64,000 nt of DNA. It comes from an uncultured Bacteroidota bacterium. Lineage in GTDB: Bacteria > Bacteroidota > Bacteroidia > Bacteroidales > FEN-979. Where the stretch lies: the NCBI GenBank assembly GCA_937900965.1, contig CALCGJ010000220.1, positions 8,418 through 72,417 of the forward strand. The letters are read 5' to 3'. Below the pieces are notes generated by a model. It was given only the letters and a program-made list of their open reading frames with translations, ran no database searches and was not told the origin of the DNA. Every line of letters begins with the position of its first letter. Position 1 is the first letter of the stretch. The position numbers and the translations under genes were made by a program. Positions 16,272 to 26,821 of the stretch are shown here, piece after piece.

Positions 16272-18689
16272 TTAAGCCTTCTTAGGGATCCTCATATTAT
16301 AGAAGGACCTGTATACAAAGTACAGGGCGATCACACCAAATACGATTCCAATATATGGAGCCATCCGGTAAAAATCTTCTGAAATTGCGATCTCCATTGC
16401 CAGCAGTCCGAAAAGGGTTGTAAACTTGATGATCGGATTCAACGCAACAGATGAGGTGTCTTTGTATGGATCACCAACGGTGTCACCCACAATGGATGCT
16501 TCATGCAATGGTGTACCCTTCTCTTTCAGGTCAACCTCAACAACCTTCTTGGCATTATCCCAGGCTCCACCGGCGTTGGCCATAAAAATAGCCTGGAACA
16601 ATCCAAAGAATGCAATTGAGAGCAGATAGGCTACAAGGAAGGAGGCAGCAGCATATACATTGGGATCATCTGGTTCCAGTCCCAGGTTCCTGTAGCCCGA
16701 AAGGAAGGCGATAGAAAGAGCGAATGAGAAGATAGCCACAAAGATGTTCAACATCCCTTTTTGTGCATATTGTGTGCAGATCTTCACCACCTCTTTCGAT
16801 TTCTCAATGGATGCCTTTTTCTCGCCTGTATCATCCAGGACGATGTTCTGTTTTATATACTCAACGGCACGATAAGCTCCTGTTGTTACCGCCTGAATAG
16901 AGGCGCCTGTGAACCAATAGATCACTGCTCCACCGGCCAGGAAGCCCAGAATAGTATAAGGGTTTAAGACATTCAAAATCTGCTCTGGTGAAATTCCGAA
17001 ATGTTTCTGGATGATCAGGATCAGAGAGAAGATCATTGTAGTGGCGCCAACAACTGCAGTTCCAATAAGTACCGGTTTGGCAGTAGCTTTAAAGGTGTTT
17101 CCAGCGCCATCATTGGCTTCAAGATAGTGTTTAGCCTTCTCAAAGTCGGGTTTAAACCCGAACTCCTTCTCAATCTCAACGGTAACTTCTGCCTGGTTTT
17201 CCTCAATCAGGGATAACTCATAAATGGATTGAGCGTTGTCTGTTACTGGTCCGTAACTGTCAACGGCAATTGTAACCGGCCCCATTCCAAGGAAACCAAA
17301 TGCAACCAGGCCAAATGCAAAGATAGAGGGGTAAATCATCGTATCACCAAGGCCATACTGACTGGCCACAAAAGCGATGAACATCAGGGCAAGAAATACC
17401 AGGCCCTGCCAGAATGCACTGAAATTACCAGCAACCAACCCGGAAAGAATGTTAAGGGAAGCACCTCCTTCACGGGAAGCTGTAACGATCTCGTTCACAT
17501 GTTTGGATTTGGGACTGGTAAAGATCTTGGTAAATTCGGGGATCAGCGCTGCACCTAAAGTTCCACAACTGATGATGATGGAAAGGACAAGCCAAAGATT
17601 GTTGGGTAATGCCCCGAGTTGCCAGTAACTTGCACCAAAGGTAGCAATGATGGATAATACCGATGTGATCCAAACCAGGTTTGTCAACGGTATCTCAAAG
17701 TCGAGGTCATCTGCGTTGCTGTATCTGGCCTGACTGATCATTTTGTTGATGTAGAAGGCCCCAATTGATGTGATAACCATCAGGATACGCATCACAAAGA
17801 TCCAGGTCAGCAGCTGTTGCTGGAAATCAATACTTGGTATTGCCAGAACGATGAAAGCGATTAAGGCAACTCCTGTCACACCGTAAGTCTCAAACCCGTC
17901 GGCGGTCGGACCAACACTGTCACCAGCATTATCGCCAACACAATCAGCAATAACACCAGGATTTCTTGGGTCATCCTCTTTGATTCCAAAAACCACCTTC
18001 ATCAGGTCAGAACCAATATCTGCAATCTTTGTGAAGATTCCTCCGGCAATACGAAGCGCCGAAGCTCCCAATGATTCCCCAATGGCAAACCCAATGAAAC
18101 TGGCACCAGCATATTCGCGGGGCACGAACAGAAGAATTATCAGCATCATGATCAGCTCAACGCAAATCAGGGCTACTCCAATACTCATCCCGGCATCCAA
18201 CGGGATATTCAACAATTTCAATGGTTTTCTTTCCAAAGAAGCAAACGCCATCCGACTGTTAGCCAGCGTATTCATTCGAATACCAAACCAGGCAACACCG
18301 TATGATCCCAGGATGCCGATAACAGTCCAGGAAAGGATTAACAGCACTCCGCCAAAAGAGTTCTGCTGCAAGTATCCGAAGTAAAAAGTCATAATTAATC
18401 CGATGATTACAAATAGGATCACCAGAAATTTTCCCTGCTGTATCAGGTATGTTTTGCAGGTCTGAAAAATTACATTCGCCACATCGAGCATCGACTGATG
18501 TGCCCTTATTTTTTTTACGTTAGCATACTGATACCATCCAAACATCAAGCCCATGACACAAACGATGAATCCGAAGTATAACAAACTATTCTGGGCGGCT
18601 GTCAGTTCAGGTATCACCAGGTCTGCTTCGCTGGCCATACCTAAAAATGGAACAAGAAGTGCAATCAAAACTGTCGTAAATCGCTTCAT
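16272..18689 (-). CDS. hppA: Membrane-bound ion-translocating pyrophosphatase
   Basis: 805 aa and multi-TM, with GDNAGD, DGFETY, GNTFKATAKP, GGAWDNAKK and GDTVGDPYKD motifs. The Lys in GNT.K suggests the K+-independent subtype, which is an inference. Confidence 0.9.
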   Translation of the reverse strand: MKRFTTVLIALLVPFLGMASEADLVIPELTAAQNSLLYFGFIVCVMGLMFGWYQYANVKKIRAHQSMLDVANVIFQTCKTYLIQQGKFLVILFVIIGLIMTFYFGYLQQNSFGGVLLILSWTVIGILGSYGVAWFGIRMNTLANSRMAFASLERKPLKLLNIPLDAGMSIGVALICVELIMMLIILLFVPREYAGASFIGFAIGESLGASALRIAGGIFTKIADIGSDLMKVVFGIKEDDPRNPGVIADCVGDNAGDSVGPTADGFETYGVTGVALIAFIVLAIPSIDFQQQLLTWIFVMRILMVITSIGAFYINKMISQARYSNADDLDFEIPLTNLVWITSVLSIIATFGASYWQLGALPNNLWLVLSIIISCGTLGAALIPEFTKIFTSPKSKHVNEIVTASREGGASLNILSGLVAGNFSAFWQGLVFLALMFIAFVASQYGLGDTMIYPSIFAFGLVAFGFLGMGPVTIAVDSYGPVTDNAQSIYELSLIEENQAEVTVEIEKEFGFKPDFEKAKHYLEANDGAGNTFKATAKPVLIGTAVVGATTMIFSLILIIQKHFGISPEQILNVLNPYTILGFLAGGAVIYWFTGASIQAVTTGAYRAVEYIKQNIVLDDTGEKKASIEKSKEVVKICTQYAQKGMLNIFVAIFSFALSIAFLSGYRNLGLEPDDPNVYAAASFLVAYLLSIAFFGLFQAIFMANAGGAWDNAKKVVEVDLKEKGTPLHEASIVGDTVGDPYKDTSSVALNPIIKFTTLFGLLAMEIAISEDFYRMAPYIGIVFGVIALYFVYRSFYNMRIPKKA

Positions 18690-18724
18690 ATGAATATATT
18701 TAATTTTAATAATTTAAATTGCGG

Positions 18725-18732
18725 CAAAAATA
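18725..18732 (-). promoter_or_regulatory. -7 promoter box TATTTTTG for hppA
   Basis: It is the reverse complement of caaaaata, about 36 nt upstream of the ATG. Confidence 0.45.
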
Positions 18733-18796
18733 AGACATTTTTCAAAAATAGCACGGAATTTTTCCACAGTTGTTTGCCTGATTGATAAAAATCATG

Positions 18797-18804
18797 TAGG
18801 TTTG
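18797..18804 (+). promoter_or_regulatory. -7 promoter box TAGGTTTG
   Basis: TAnnTTTG match 23 nt upstream of the ATG at 18827. Confidence 0.45.
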
Positions 18805-18826
18805 TGTAAAGCAAACTTGATAGGGA

Positions 18827-19420
18827 ATGGAGAAACTCCGGCTTGAGATCATTGGCATGTCATACAGCCAGTCGCAAAGTGGAGCCTATGCGATCATTTT
18901 GGGAGAGCAGGAGGGCAAGAGACGGTTGCCTATCATCATTGGGAGTTTCGAAGCCCAGGCTATTGCTATTGAAATCGAAAAAATAAAAACACCTCGTCCA
19001 CTCACACACGATCTCTTCAAGTCGTTTGCAGATACTTTCCACATCAACGTGACAGAGGTGATTATCAATAAATTTAGTGAAGGGGTCTTCTATGCAGTCC
19101 TCCTCTGTTCCGATGGAAAAACTGAGCAAGAGGTGGATTCCAGAACTTCTGATGCAATTGCACTTGCATTACGGTTCAACTGCCCGATCTATACCTATGA
19201 AAATATCATGGTTGCAGCCGGAATTATCATGGATGAAGAGACTTCAGAACCCATTCATGCTGAACCGGAACAGAAACTTCCAACAAACCTGGAGGATGAT
19301 TTAAAAGTTTACACAATTACCGATCTGCAGCAGTTACTTAAAAAAGCTGTTGAAAGGGAGGAGTATGAAAAGGCTTCCAAAATCCGGGACGAAATCACAA
19401 AAAGAAAAAGGGAGACCTAA
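18827..19420 (+). CDS. Bifunctional nuclease family protein (DUF151) with a C-terminal UVR motif
   Basis: 197 aa. It has …RLPI.IG..EAQAIA…..RPLTHDL… and then an EEYEKASKIRDEI UVR-like helix. Confidence 0.8.
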   Translation: MEKLRLEIIGMSYSQSQSGAYAIILGEQEGKRRLPIIIGSFEAQAIAIEIEKIKTPRPLTHDLFKSFADTFHINVTEVIINKFSEGVFYAVLLCSDGKTEQEVDSRTSDAIALALRFNCPIYTYENIMVAAGIIMDEETSEPIHAEPEQKLPTNLEDDLKVYTITDLQQLLKKAVEREEYEKASKIRDEITKRKRET

Positions 19421-19477
19421 GGTGTTTCCCGACGATAGGTCAAATGATGTAGCATGTTTCATGCCTGAAAAAACTGT

Positions 19478-20758
19478 ATGGATAGATTTACCGGTCTTCT
19501 TGGCCTTGTGCTGATTTTTGGGGTCGCATTTCTGATGTCTAACAACCGAAAGGCTATCAATTACCGCCTGGTGATAACTGGGATTATTCTTCAGGTTGTA
19601 ACAGCGCTCTTCATTCTGAAAGTTCCCGTTGGGCAATTGATCTTTGAGAAAGTGGGATATGGCATCCAGAAACTTCTGGATTTCAGTATGGAAGGCGCTC
19701 GTTTCTGCTTTGGGTTTCTGGCTAATGGAGATGTGTTGAATTCGGTCGTTGGTCCCGGTAACAGTTTCATCTTTGTTTTTACTTTGATTCCAACGATCAT
19801 TTTTATCTGTGTTCTTGTTGCAATTGGATATCACATTGGACTGCTCCAGAGGGTTGTTGCTGTTATAGCAATTGGAGTTTACAAAGTTATGCGGGTTAGT
19901 GGGAGTGAAGCGCTTTCCAACGTCGCTAGTGCATTCGTCGGACAGGTTGAAGCCCAAATTTTAATCAGACCCTATATTTCCGGAATGACGATGTCGGAGC
20001 TCCTTGCCTCAATGAGCGGCAGTATGGCATGTATTGCCGGTGGTGTGTTGGCTGTTTATGTTGCTATGGGTGTTCCTGCCCCGTACCTGCTGGCTGCCAG
20101 CCTTATGGCTGCTCCAGGAGCCTTGGTAATCGCAAAAATCGTATACCCTGAAACCCAGGAGTCGGAGACTAAAGGACGCGTGAAGCTGGAAGTAAAAAGA
20201 ACCCATGCAAACCTAATGGATGCTATTTCCCATGGTGCAAGCGACGGAATGCGAATCAGTATCAATGTAATAGCTATGTTAATTGGTATGATTGCTCTTA
20301 TTGCACTCGTTGACGGACTGCTGGGATGGCTTGGGAGTTTAGTGGCCACAACCGGATTGAGTTTGAATGTAATAGGATGGAACCTGGAAGACCTTCGGTT
20401 AAGGGATATTCTGGGTTCATTCTTCTCTATCTTTGCATGGGCTATGGGTGTTCCATGGAAAGAAGCACATACTGTTGGAGCATTGATGGGAACCAAACTG
20501 GTGATTAACGAATTTGTTGCTTATACTGACCTGGCGCCAATGATTGCCGCCAAATCGCTTTCACCCAAAGCACTGGTCATTGCCAGTTTCGCCCTTTGTG
20601 GATTTGCGAATTTCAGCTCCGTGGCAATTCAAATAGGTGGTATAGGAGAACTTGCGCCCAACCGGCGTCGCGACCTTGCTAAACTTGGGATCAAAGCAAT
20701 GATCTGTGGTACCTTGGCATCCTACGTATCAGCAACGCTTGCAGGAATTATGATGTAG
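19478..20758 (+). CDS. NupC/NupG-family concentrative nucleoside transporter
   Basis: 426 aa and multi-TM, with the conserved …NEFVAY… and GFANF.S.AIQIGG… blocks. Confidence 0.88.
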   Translation: MDRFTGLLGLVLIFGVAFLMSNNRKAINYRLVITGIILQVVTALFILKVPVGQLIFEKVGYGIQKLLDFSMEGARFCFGFLANGDVLNSVVGPGNSFIFVFTLIPTIIFICVLVAIGYHIGLLQRVVAVIAIGVYKVMRVSGSEALSNVASAFVGQVEAQILIRPYISGMTMSELLASMSGSMACIAGGVLAVYVAMGVPAPYLLAASLMAAPGALVIAKIVYPETQESETKGRVKLEVKRTHANLMDAISHGASDGMRISINVIAMLIGMIALIALVDGLLGWLGSLVATTGLSLNVIGWNLEDLRLRDILGSFFSIFAWAMGVPWKEAHTVGALMGTKLVINEFVAYTDLAPMIAAKSLSPKALVIASFALCGFANFSSVAIQIGGIGELAPNRRRDLAKLGIKAMICGTLASYVSATLAGIMM

Positions 20759-20761
20759 ATT

Positions 20762-21556
20762 ATGAAGCAATACCTCGATCTTCTCGATCATGTTCTGAAG
20801 AATGGTGTTACCAAAAATGACCGTACCGGAACTGGTACAGTCAGTGTGTTTGGATACCAGATGCGGTTTAACCTGGAGGATGGCTTCCCCATGCTTACAA
20901 CCAAAAAAATACATCTCCGCTCTATCATTCATGAATTACTGTGGTTTCTGAAAGGAGAGACCAACACCAGGTATCTGAATGACAACAAGGTTACTATCTG
21001 GGATGAATGGGCAGATGATACCGGGGAGTTGGGTCACGTTTATGGATATCAATGGAGGTCGTGGCCCAAAGCAGATGGTTCTCATATCGACCAGATCTCC
21101 CGGGTTGTTGAGTCGATAATAAAAAATCCTGATTCTCGCAGACATATTGTCTCAGCCTGGAATGTTGGCGAACTTGATCAAATGGCATTGCCTCCCTGTC
21201 ACCTGCTCTTCCAGTTTTATGTGGCTGGTGGGAAGCTGTCGTGTCAGATGTACCAGAGAAGTTGTGATATATTTCTCGGAGTTCCGTTTAATATCACCTC
21301 CTATACACTCCTGATGATGATGATGGCACAGGTAACAGGATTGAAACCTGGAGAGTTTATCCATACCCTGGGCGATGCGCATATATACCTGAACCATCTT
21401 GACCAAGTGAAACTCCAGTTAAAAAGGGATCCTTTACCATTGCCCTCCATGAAACTCAATCCGGGCAAAACCGGAATATTTGATTTTGTATTCGAAGATT
21501 TTGAGCTGAATAGCTATCAGTCTCATCCCCATATAAAAGGAGAAATTTCTGTTTAA
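20762..21556 (+). CDS. thyA: Thymidylate synthase
   Basis: 264 aa with MKQYLDLL…DRTGTGT.S.FG and the PPCH..FQFYV active-site Cys. Confidence 0.97.
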   Translation: MKQYLDLLDHVLKNGVTKNDRTGTGTVSVFGYQMRFNLEDGFPMLTTKKIHLRSIIHELLWFLKGETNTRYLNDNKVTIWDEWADDTGELGHVYGYQWRSWPKADGSHIDQISRVVESIIKNPDSRRHIVSAWNVGELDQMALPPCHLLFQFYVAGGKLSCQMYQRSCDIFLGVPFNITSYTLLMMMMAQVTGLKPGEFIHTLGDAHIYLNHLDQVKLQLKRDPLPLPSMKLNPGKTGIFDFVFEDFELNSYQSHPHIKGEISV

Positions 21557-21568
21557 AATTAGGACACT

Positions 21569-22063
21569 ATGATCTCAATTATTGTTGCAATTGCTGAAAA
21601 CAATGCCATTGGAAAAGACAACCAACTTTTATGGCATATTCCGGAAGATTTGAAGCGGTTTAAACGGCTCACTACAGGTCATGCAGTTATCATGGGTAGA
21701 AATACATGGGAATCCCTGCCCATTCAACCGCTTCCCAACAGGAGAAACATTGTAATTACAGATAACCCCCAGGATTTTTTTGAGGGAGCAGAGAGGGCAA
21801 CCTCCATTGAATCATCTCTGGCATTGTGCAGTCCTGCTGATGAAAATTTTGTAATGGGTGGAGCTTCCGTTTACCAGCAGTTCTTACCGATCACCGACCG
21901 GCTTTACCTGACAAAAGTACATAAGTCATTTGACGGTGATACGTTCTTCCCTGTTCTCAACCTGTTGGAATGGGAGAGAGTATCTAAAGACGACTATCCC
22001 CCTGATGAAAACAATGACTTCGGCTACACCTATCTTATCTTCGACCGAATAAAAGGCCAGTGA
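21569..22063 (+). CDS. folA: Dihydrofolate reductase
   Basis: 164 aa with I.AIA.N..IGK.N.L.W..PEDL..FK..T and GR.T.ES. It immediately follows thyA. Confidence 0.93.
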   Translation: MISIIVAIAENNAIGKDNQLLWHIPEDLKRFKRLTTGHAVIMGRNTWESLPIQPLPNRRNIVITDNPQDFFEGAERATSIESSLALCSPADENFVMGGASVYQQFLPITDRLYLTKVHKSFDGDTFFPVLNLLEWERVSKDDYPPDENNDFGYTYLIFDRIKGQ

Positions 22064-22065
22064 GT

Positions 22066-23364
22066 TCACGTCTTACGTTTCTCCTTCCTCGCTGCCGGGA
22101 ATAGAATGTTGTTGAGGATCAGTCTGTATCCCGGAGAGTTAGGATGCAGGTTGAGCTCTGTTGGAGGATCTCCAACCAGATGCTGATAATCTTCAGGATC
22201 ATGTCCGCCGAGGAAAGTCCATGTACCTTTCCCAAAATCGCCATGAATGTACCTGACTTCATTAAGTACTTTATTTTCTCCCATAATGAGAACTGAAGGC
22301 TTCAGAAACGCTTTCTTAAATGCTGTGGTCTGGCCCATAAATCCGTAGATGATGGTCTCATGATCCTGACAAAGCATTGACGGGATGGGGTCCCATTTGG
22401 CTGAAAAATCAAATAAAGTGAAGAGATCTGTTGATTGGGTGAGTCCGCGTGGGCGGGTTTCAGTAGCATCGATAGATGATATCTCGTATTCGTATGGATT
22501 GTAGCTAACGGTGAAATTCTCAAAGGCAAAGCATCTGGAATAATCTAGTTTGCTATTGGCCTGGGGATCGGGCGGATCCCCGTCAAACATCACATCACAG
22601 ATGTCAAGCCCTTCTGCTGCGAGAGCAACATCGTAACTGTCAGGTGCCGAACACATAGAAAAGAGATAACCTCCTCCGGCAACGAAATCCCTTATCTTCT
22701 TCGCCGTCTCCAGCTTCATCTCGGAGACCTTTTTGAAGCCAAGTTTATAAGCTAAATCTTCGTTGATCTTCACATCCTCCTGATACCATGCATTTTGCTT
22801 ATAAGCGGCCCAAAATTTACCATACTGTCCAGTGAAATCTTCATGATGAAGGTGTAACCAGTCGTAAAGGGGAAGTGCACCAGTATGGATCTCCTCATCA
22901 TACACAACATCGTAAGGGATCTCGGAGTAAGTTAGCACCAGGGTAACGGCATCATCCCAGGGTTGTTTGTTTTTTGGAGAGTAGACTGCGATCCGCGGTG
23001 GTTTATGGAGCTTGATGGTTTCCATATTTATCTGAGGATCTGAGATTTCCACTAAGATGGCATTAGCCTGGGCATCGCTGATCACCTGTGATGTAACTCC
23101 CCGGATCTGGCACTCTTGCTCAATCTCCTGAGCATATGGGATCATAAAGCTCCCCCCCCTGTAATTCAACAACCAGCTTACTTCCACATTCTGCTGAAGG
23201 ACCCAGTAAGCTACTCCGTATGCTTTAAGGTGATTTTTCTGGGTGTCATCCATAGGGATTATAACATATAAACCCATTGAAAGATGTGAACTCAGAAGGA
23301 TTAGGAGAAGAAGGATTGATTTGGGGAGGCTAAAATGGTATGTCATTCGGGCTGCTCTCTTCAT
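22066..23364 (-). CDS. Conserved secreted Bacteroidota protein of unknown function (I recall homologues being auto-annotated 'asparagine synthetase B')
   Basis: The long ORF in the track runs to 23526, inside dnaB. The MKRAARMTYHF…LLLLILL signal-like start at 23364 is more plausible and still overlaps the dnaB 3' end by 35 nt. Confidence 0.65.
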   Translation of the reverse strand: MKRAARMTYHFSLPKSILLLLILLSSHLSMGLYVIIPMDDTQKNHLKAYGVAYWVLQQNVEVSWLLNYRGGSFMIPYAQEIEQECQIRGVTSQVISDAQANAILVEISDPQINMETIKLHKPPRIAVYSPKNKQPWDDAVTLVLTYSEIPYDVVYDEEIHTGALPLYDWLHLHHEDFTGQYGKFWAAYKQNAWYQEDVKINEDLAYKLGFKKVSEMKLETAKKIRDFVAGGGYLFSMCSAPDSYDVALAAEGLDICDVMFDGDPPDPQANSKLDYSRCFAFENFTVSYNPYEYEISSIDATETRPRGLTQSTDLFTLFDFSAKWDPIPSMLCQDHETIIYGFMGQTTAFKKAFLKPSVLIMGENKVLNEVRYIHGDFGKGTWTFLGGHDPEDYQHLVGDPPTELNLHPNSPGYRLILNNILFPAARKEKRKT

Positions 23365-24913
23365 GGTCAATATCATCCATTCTTGACATAACGTTTCGGG
23401 TCCTGACTTTTCCATCAAACGAGTCGTTGGGGGATAGCGCATCGGCATAAACAGTTTCCTCCTCATAGTCCATAAATTTGGCATACTTGGCAATGAAACG
23501 TAACTTGACATCTTTTGTGGGACCATTCCGGTTTTTTGCGATTCCTATTTCTGCCAGACCAATAGTAGAATCACCTTTTTCATCCACATCGATTTTGTAA
23601 TATTCCGGACGGTAAATGAACATTACCATATCGGCATCCTGCTCAATGGATCCTGACTCACGGAGGTCGGATAGGATTGGTTTTTTGGTGCCCCCTCGTT
23701 TTTCCACCTCCCTGCTCAACTGCGAAAGAGCTATGATTGGAATATTGAGCTCTTTCGACAGGGCCTTAAGGGATCTTGATATACTACTGATCTCCTGCTC
23801 CCGGTTGCCTCTGTGTTCCGCCCCTCCCTGCATAAGCTGCATATAATCAAGGATGATCATCTCCACATTGTGCTGTTGTCGCAATCTTCGGCTTTTTGCC
23901 CGGAGTTCGAAGATGGTTAGTGCCGGTGTATCATCAATATAGAGGGGAGCGTCAATCAGGTTCGAGACTTTGCTGTTCAGGAGATTCCACTCGTCAGAGT
24001 CGAGGGTCCCTTTCTTTAGTTTTTCAGCAGGTATTCCTGTTTCGCTGGCAATTAATCGCGTAACAAGCTGAACGGAAGACATTTCCAGCGAAAAAACAGC
24101 AACAGGCTTGTTAAAGTTTACAACCGCATTTCTGGCCATGGTAAGAGCCAATGCAGTTTTACCCATCCCCGGACGAGAAGCAAGAATGATCAGGTCTGAC
24201 CGTTGCCAGCCACCGGTTATCCTGTCGAGTTCAGTAAAACCCGAACCTACTCCCCGCAGGTGTCCTTCATGCTTTTGTCCGGCGGCAATTTCCTGGATAG
24301 CCTCTTTCATTAGTGATTGCATTGAGCGGTAGCTCCTCCGAAGGCTGTTCTCACTGATATAAAAAAGGTTATTCTCAGCTTTATCAAGCAGTTCAAACAC
24401 ATCCGTTGTGTCTTCGTAAGCGTCTTTGATAATATCAGAAGAGACATGGATTAACTCACGCTGGATGTACTTTTGAAGCAGGATATGAGCATGGTATTCA
24501 ATGTTGGCTGCCGAAGCAACTCGGTTGGTTAACATGGTTATATAATAGGGGCCTCCAACCAGGTCGAGTTCGCCGCTTTTGCGAAGAGACTCAGTAACAG
24601 TAAGAATATCAACGGGTTCTGTACTGGCAAATAATTTCTGGATGGCAGCAAAAATAATCTGGTGCGCCTCTTTGTAAAAGATCTCGGGTTTTAAAATTTC
24701 AATGACCTCTGTTAACGGATCTTTCTCAAGCATCATGGCGCCTAACACCGCCTCTTCCAGATCCACAGCCTGAGGAGGCACCTTGCCATGTTCAAGAAAT
24801 ACCTCTGAAACAGGATTCTTCCTTTGTCGTTTCCTGCTTATGCGCTGATTTTCCTGCAGTTGCTTTTTATCCTGGCCCAGTGTGTCCGGACTCTCGTTTT
24901 TCAAATCTTCCAT
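23330..24913 (-). CDS. dnaB: Replicative DNA helicase
   Basis: 527 aa with the Walker A motif SRPGMGKTA, IILDYMQLM, and the SQLSR and EQDAD motifs. Confidence 0.96.
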   Translation of the reverse strand: MEDLKNESPDTLGQDKKQLQENQRISRKRQRKNPVSEVFLEHGKVPPQAVDLEEAVLGAMMLEKDPLTEVIEILKPEIFYKEAHQIIFAAIQKLFASTEPVDILTVTESLRKSGELDLVGGPYYITMLTNRVASAANIEYHAHILLQKYIQRELIHVSSDIIKDAYEDTTDVFELLDKAENNLFYISENSLRRSYRSMQSLMKEAIQEIAAGQKHEGHLRGVGSGFTELDRITGGWQRSDLIILASRPGMGKTALALTMARNAVVNFNKPVAVFSLEMSSVQLVTRLIASETGIPAEKLKKGTLDSDEWNLLNSKVSNLIDAPLYIDDTPALTIFELRAKSRRLRQQHNVEMIILDYMQLMQGGAEHRGNREQEISSISRSLKALSKELNIPIIALSQLSREVEKRGGTKKPILSDLRESGSIEQDADMVMFIYRPEYYKIDVDEKGDSTIGLAEIGIAKNRNGPTKDVKLRFIAKYAKFMDYEEETVYADALSPNDSFDGKVRTRNVMSRMDDIDHEESSPNDIPF

Positions 24914-24975
24914 AGATCAAAAGTAATCCTTCCTCAAGTGATATCTTAACAAATCTCCCATAAAAGTTTTCAACA

Positions 24976-26274
24976 CTAAAAGCTGAAGGTCAACCCGACA
25001 CTTAGCCACTTATGCCACCAACCATTTTCGAATTCAGGACTCAGCAGGAATTGTTCTCCTTTCAGCTGAAACCCTCCATATGAGAATGCAATTCCTGCTG
25101 AACCTGCAAACATCAGTCGGTTTATTTTATCTGCAGAGATGGTATAGGGGCTGGTTCGGTTAAATATACCACCCTGAAGTGTTGCATCATACCCAATCGC
25201 TTTGCCCGAAAAGTCAGCAAAAAAATAGAACTGGATATTCCTTGCGCATCGCAACCGGTTCAGGGACCTTTTTGAAAAGAAAAGGTTCATGAAGTATGAG
25301 TTGAACCACCCGGATCGTATATAGGTTCCTGCCCCGATATTTGTATACACTGTCCCGATACTTCCCGATCCGTGGACCAGAAGATCAAGTCCGGGGATGG
25401 AAACAATACTCTTTTCAATACGTGTAAAATAGTTGAGAAGGAGATCATCCTGGATCTGGAATTCCCACCCAAGTGGTTCATTGTTAGTGGGAACTGCATT
25501 GTGGAAAGTTCGTTGAACATATTCTCCCAGAGAGGAGGGCCCAATGATTCCTATTTGGATTTCACTCAATAACCTGACCCTGTGTAGTGCATCGTTTGTA
25601 ATTTTACTGCTGCCTATATAGAGATATGCAGCATAAGGTCTGTCCCCTTCAATGATACCTCCAATTTTTGTTGTTGACGGTGTATACATATCCTGAACAA
25701 GGGTGATGCCGTAATAGTTGATACCCTGGTTCCAGTATGGGATTAGTAATTTGCTTAAGGGATTGTGTCTCAGTGCAGGGGAGATAAGGGCAAGACGGAT
25801 ACCATTGGTGTAATACCTATCGGTATAGTTAAAAATATCATTATCCAGTTGAAGTTGAAAATAGCGTTCCTGACTCAACGTTATCATTGAGGCATATGGC
25901 TCATGTTCAATATAGGCAATTAGGAATCTCTGACTTAGTGGTTCATTCAGATCCAGATCTGGAAATTGATTCTGTAATCTTTTAAGTGAAAATAGAATAT
26001 CCGGATTTCTGCGAATCACCTTTTTTGGAAAATATCCTGATAAGTCAGGATCCGGAATCGGGTCAATTTTTGACAAGGGGAGGTGCTCAGGGATGATCAA
26101 TTGTGTCAGAGGGTGGATTCTCCTGGCGATCTCTCCCCGGTAGTGGATTGGGATGTCAGTAGAAGGGTGTTCGTCACGATAAAACTCCACCTCAGGCTGT
26201 TCATCAGGGGTACAGCCGGAAATGAAAAAGAATAACAAACCTATGACGCTAAATCGATACATAATCCGGTGCAA
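24976..26274 (-). CDS. LpxR-family lipid A deacylase-like outer-membrane protein with a lipoprotein-type signal and an N-terminal extension
   Basis: The DNDIFNYTDRYYTNGIRL motif of the LpxR/DUF2219 family begins about 140 aa in. The N-terminus LLFFFISGC looks like a lipobox. Confidence 0.7.
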   Translation of the reverse strand: MHRIMYRFSVIGLLFFFISGCTPDEQPEVEFYRDEHPSTDIPIHYRGEIARRIHPLTQLIIPEHLPLSKIDPIPDPDLSGYFPKKVIRRNPDILFSLKRLQNQFPDLDLNEPLSQRFLIAYIEHEPYASMITLSQERYFQLQLDNDIFNYTDRYYTNGIRLALISPALRHNPLSKLLIPYWNQGINYYGITLVQDMYTPSTTKIGGIIEGDRPYAAYLYIGSSKITNDALHRVRLLSEIQIGIIGPSSLGEYVQRTFHNAVPTNNEPLGWEFQIQDDLLLNYFTRIEKSIVSIPGLDLLVHGSGSIGTVYTNIGAGTYIRSGWFNSYFMNLFFSKRSLNRLRCARNIQFYFFADFSGKAIGYDATLQGGIFNRTSPYTISADKINRLMFAGSAGIAFSYGGFQLKGEQFLLSPEFENGWWHKWLSVGLTFSF

Positions 26275-26341
26275 AGTTACTTATTCCGCATTTCCCGTTC
26301 TTCTGGCAGAATTGTTTATTTTCGTTGACAAATATCAGATT

Positions 26342-26821
26342 GTGCGATACCTGATCATTGTGATGCTGATCCTGGGCACACTCGGTGCCACTGCTCAAAA
26401 AGTATTGGTTGTTGAGAAGGTGGGGAGAGGAAGATATTTCACGTACAGGGAGGGTGATATTATTCGGCTGATGACGAATATCGGCCACTTTCGGATAGAG
26501 GAAGAGATCGTCCAGGTTAATGATTCTTCGATACTTGTCAAAGGAAACTATCAAATTTCCTTTCGTGATATTTCATACATTGAAAAGGTTTACAGGTCGA
26601 GGAAGGGTAACGGGATCCTCCTTATGATTGCTGGGGGAGCACTTGTGGCGATAACGTCAATCAACAACGGATTACACAGGAACCAGGTATTGGACCCGCT
26701 TTTTTTATCAATAGGCGCCGGACTGGCAGGTACTGGCGGTTTTTGGTACTCAATGGGAAAAAGAAAGTACAGGATAGGTGAGAAATGGAAACTGAAGGCA
26801 CTGGACGGGTTTCTGCGATGA
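26342..26821 (+). CDS. Hypothetical membrane protein
   Basis: The track ORF start (26222) overlaps the LpxR gene. A GTG at 26342 (or the ATG at 26363) gives a signal-like N-terminus, and there are two C-terminal TM segments. No family is recognised. Confidence 0.5.
   Translation: MRYLIIVMLILGTLGATAQKVLVVEKVGRGRYFTYREGDIIRLMTNIGHFRIEEEIVQVNDSSILVKGNYQISFRDISYIEKVYRSRKGNGILLMIAGGALVAITSINNGLHRNQVLDPLFLSIGAGLAGTGGFWYSMGKRKYRIGEKWKLKALDGFLR

Noticed and set aside
19334-19957. A 207-aa minus-strand ORF
   Set aside because: It lies antisense to the 3' end of the nuclease gene and to the well-supported NupC-family transporter. It has no family resemblance.
22066-23526. The full 486-aa track ORF extending 197 nt into dnaB
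   Set aside because: The first 54 codons overlap the dnaB C-terminus in another frame and lack a signal peptide. An internal start at 23364 gives a typical signal peptide, so I prefer the shorter gene.
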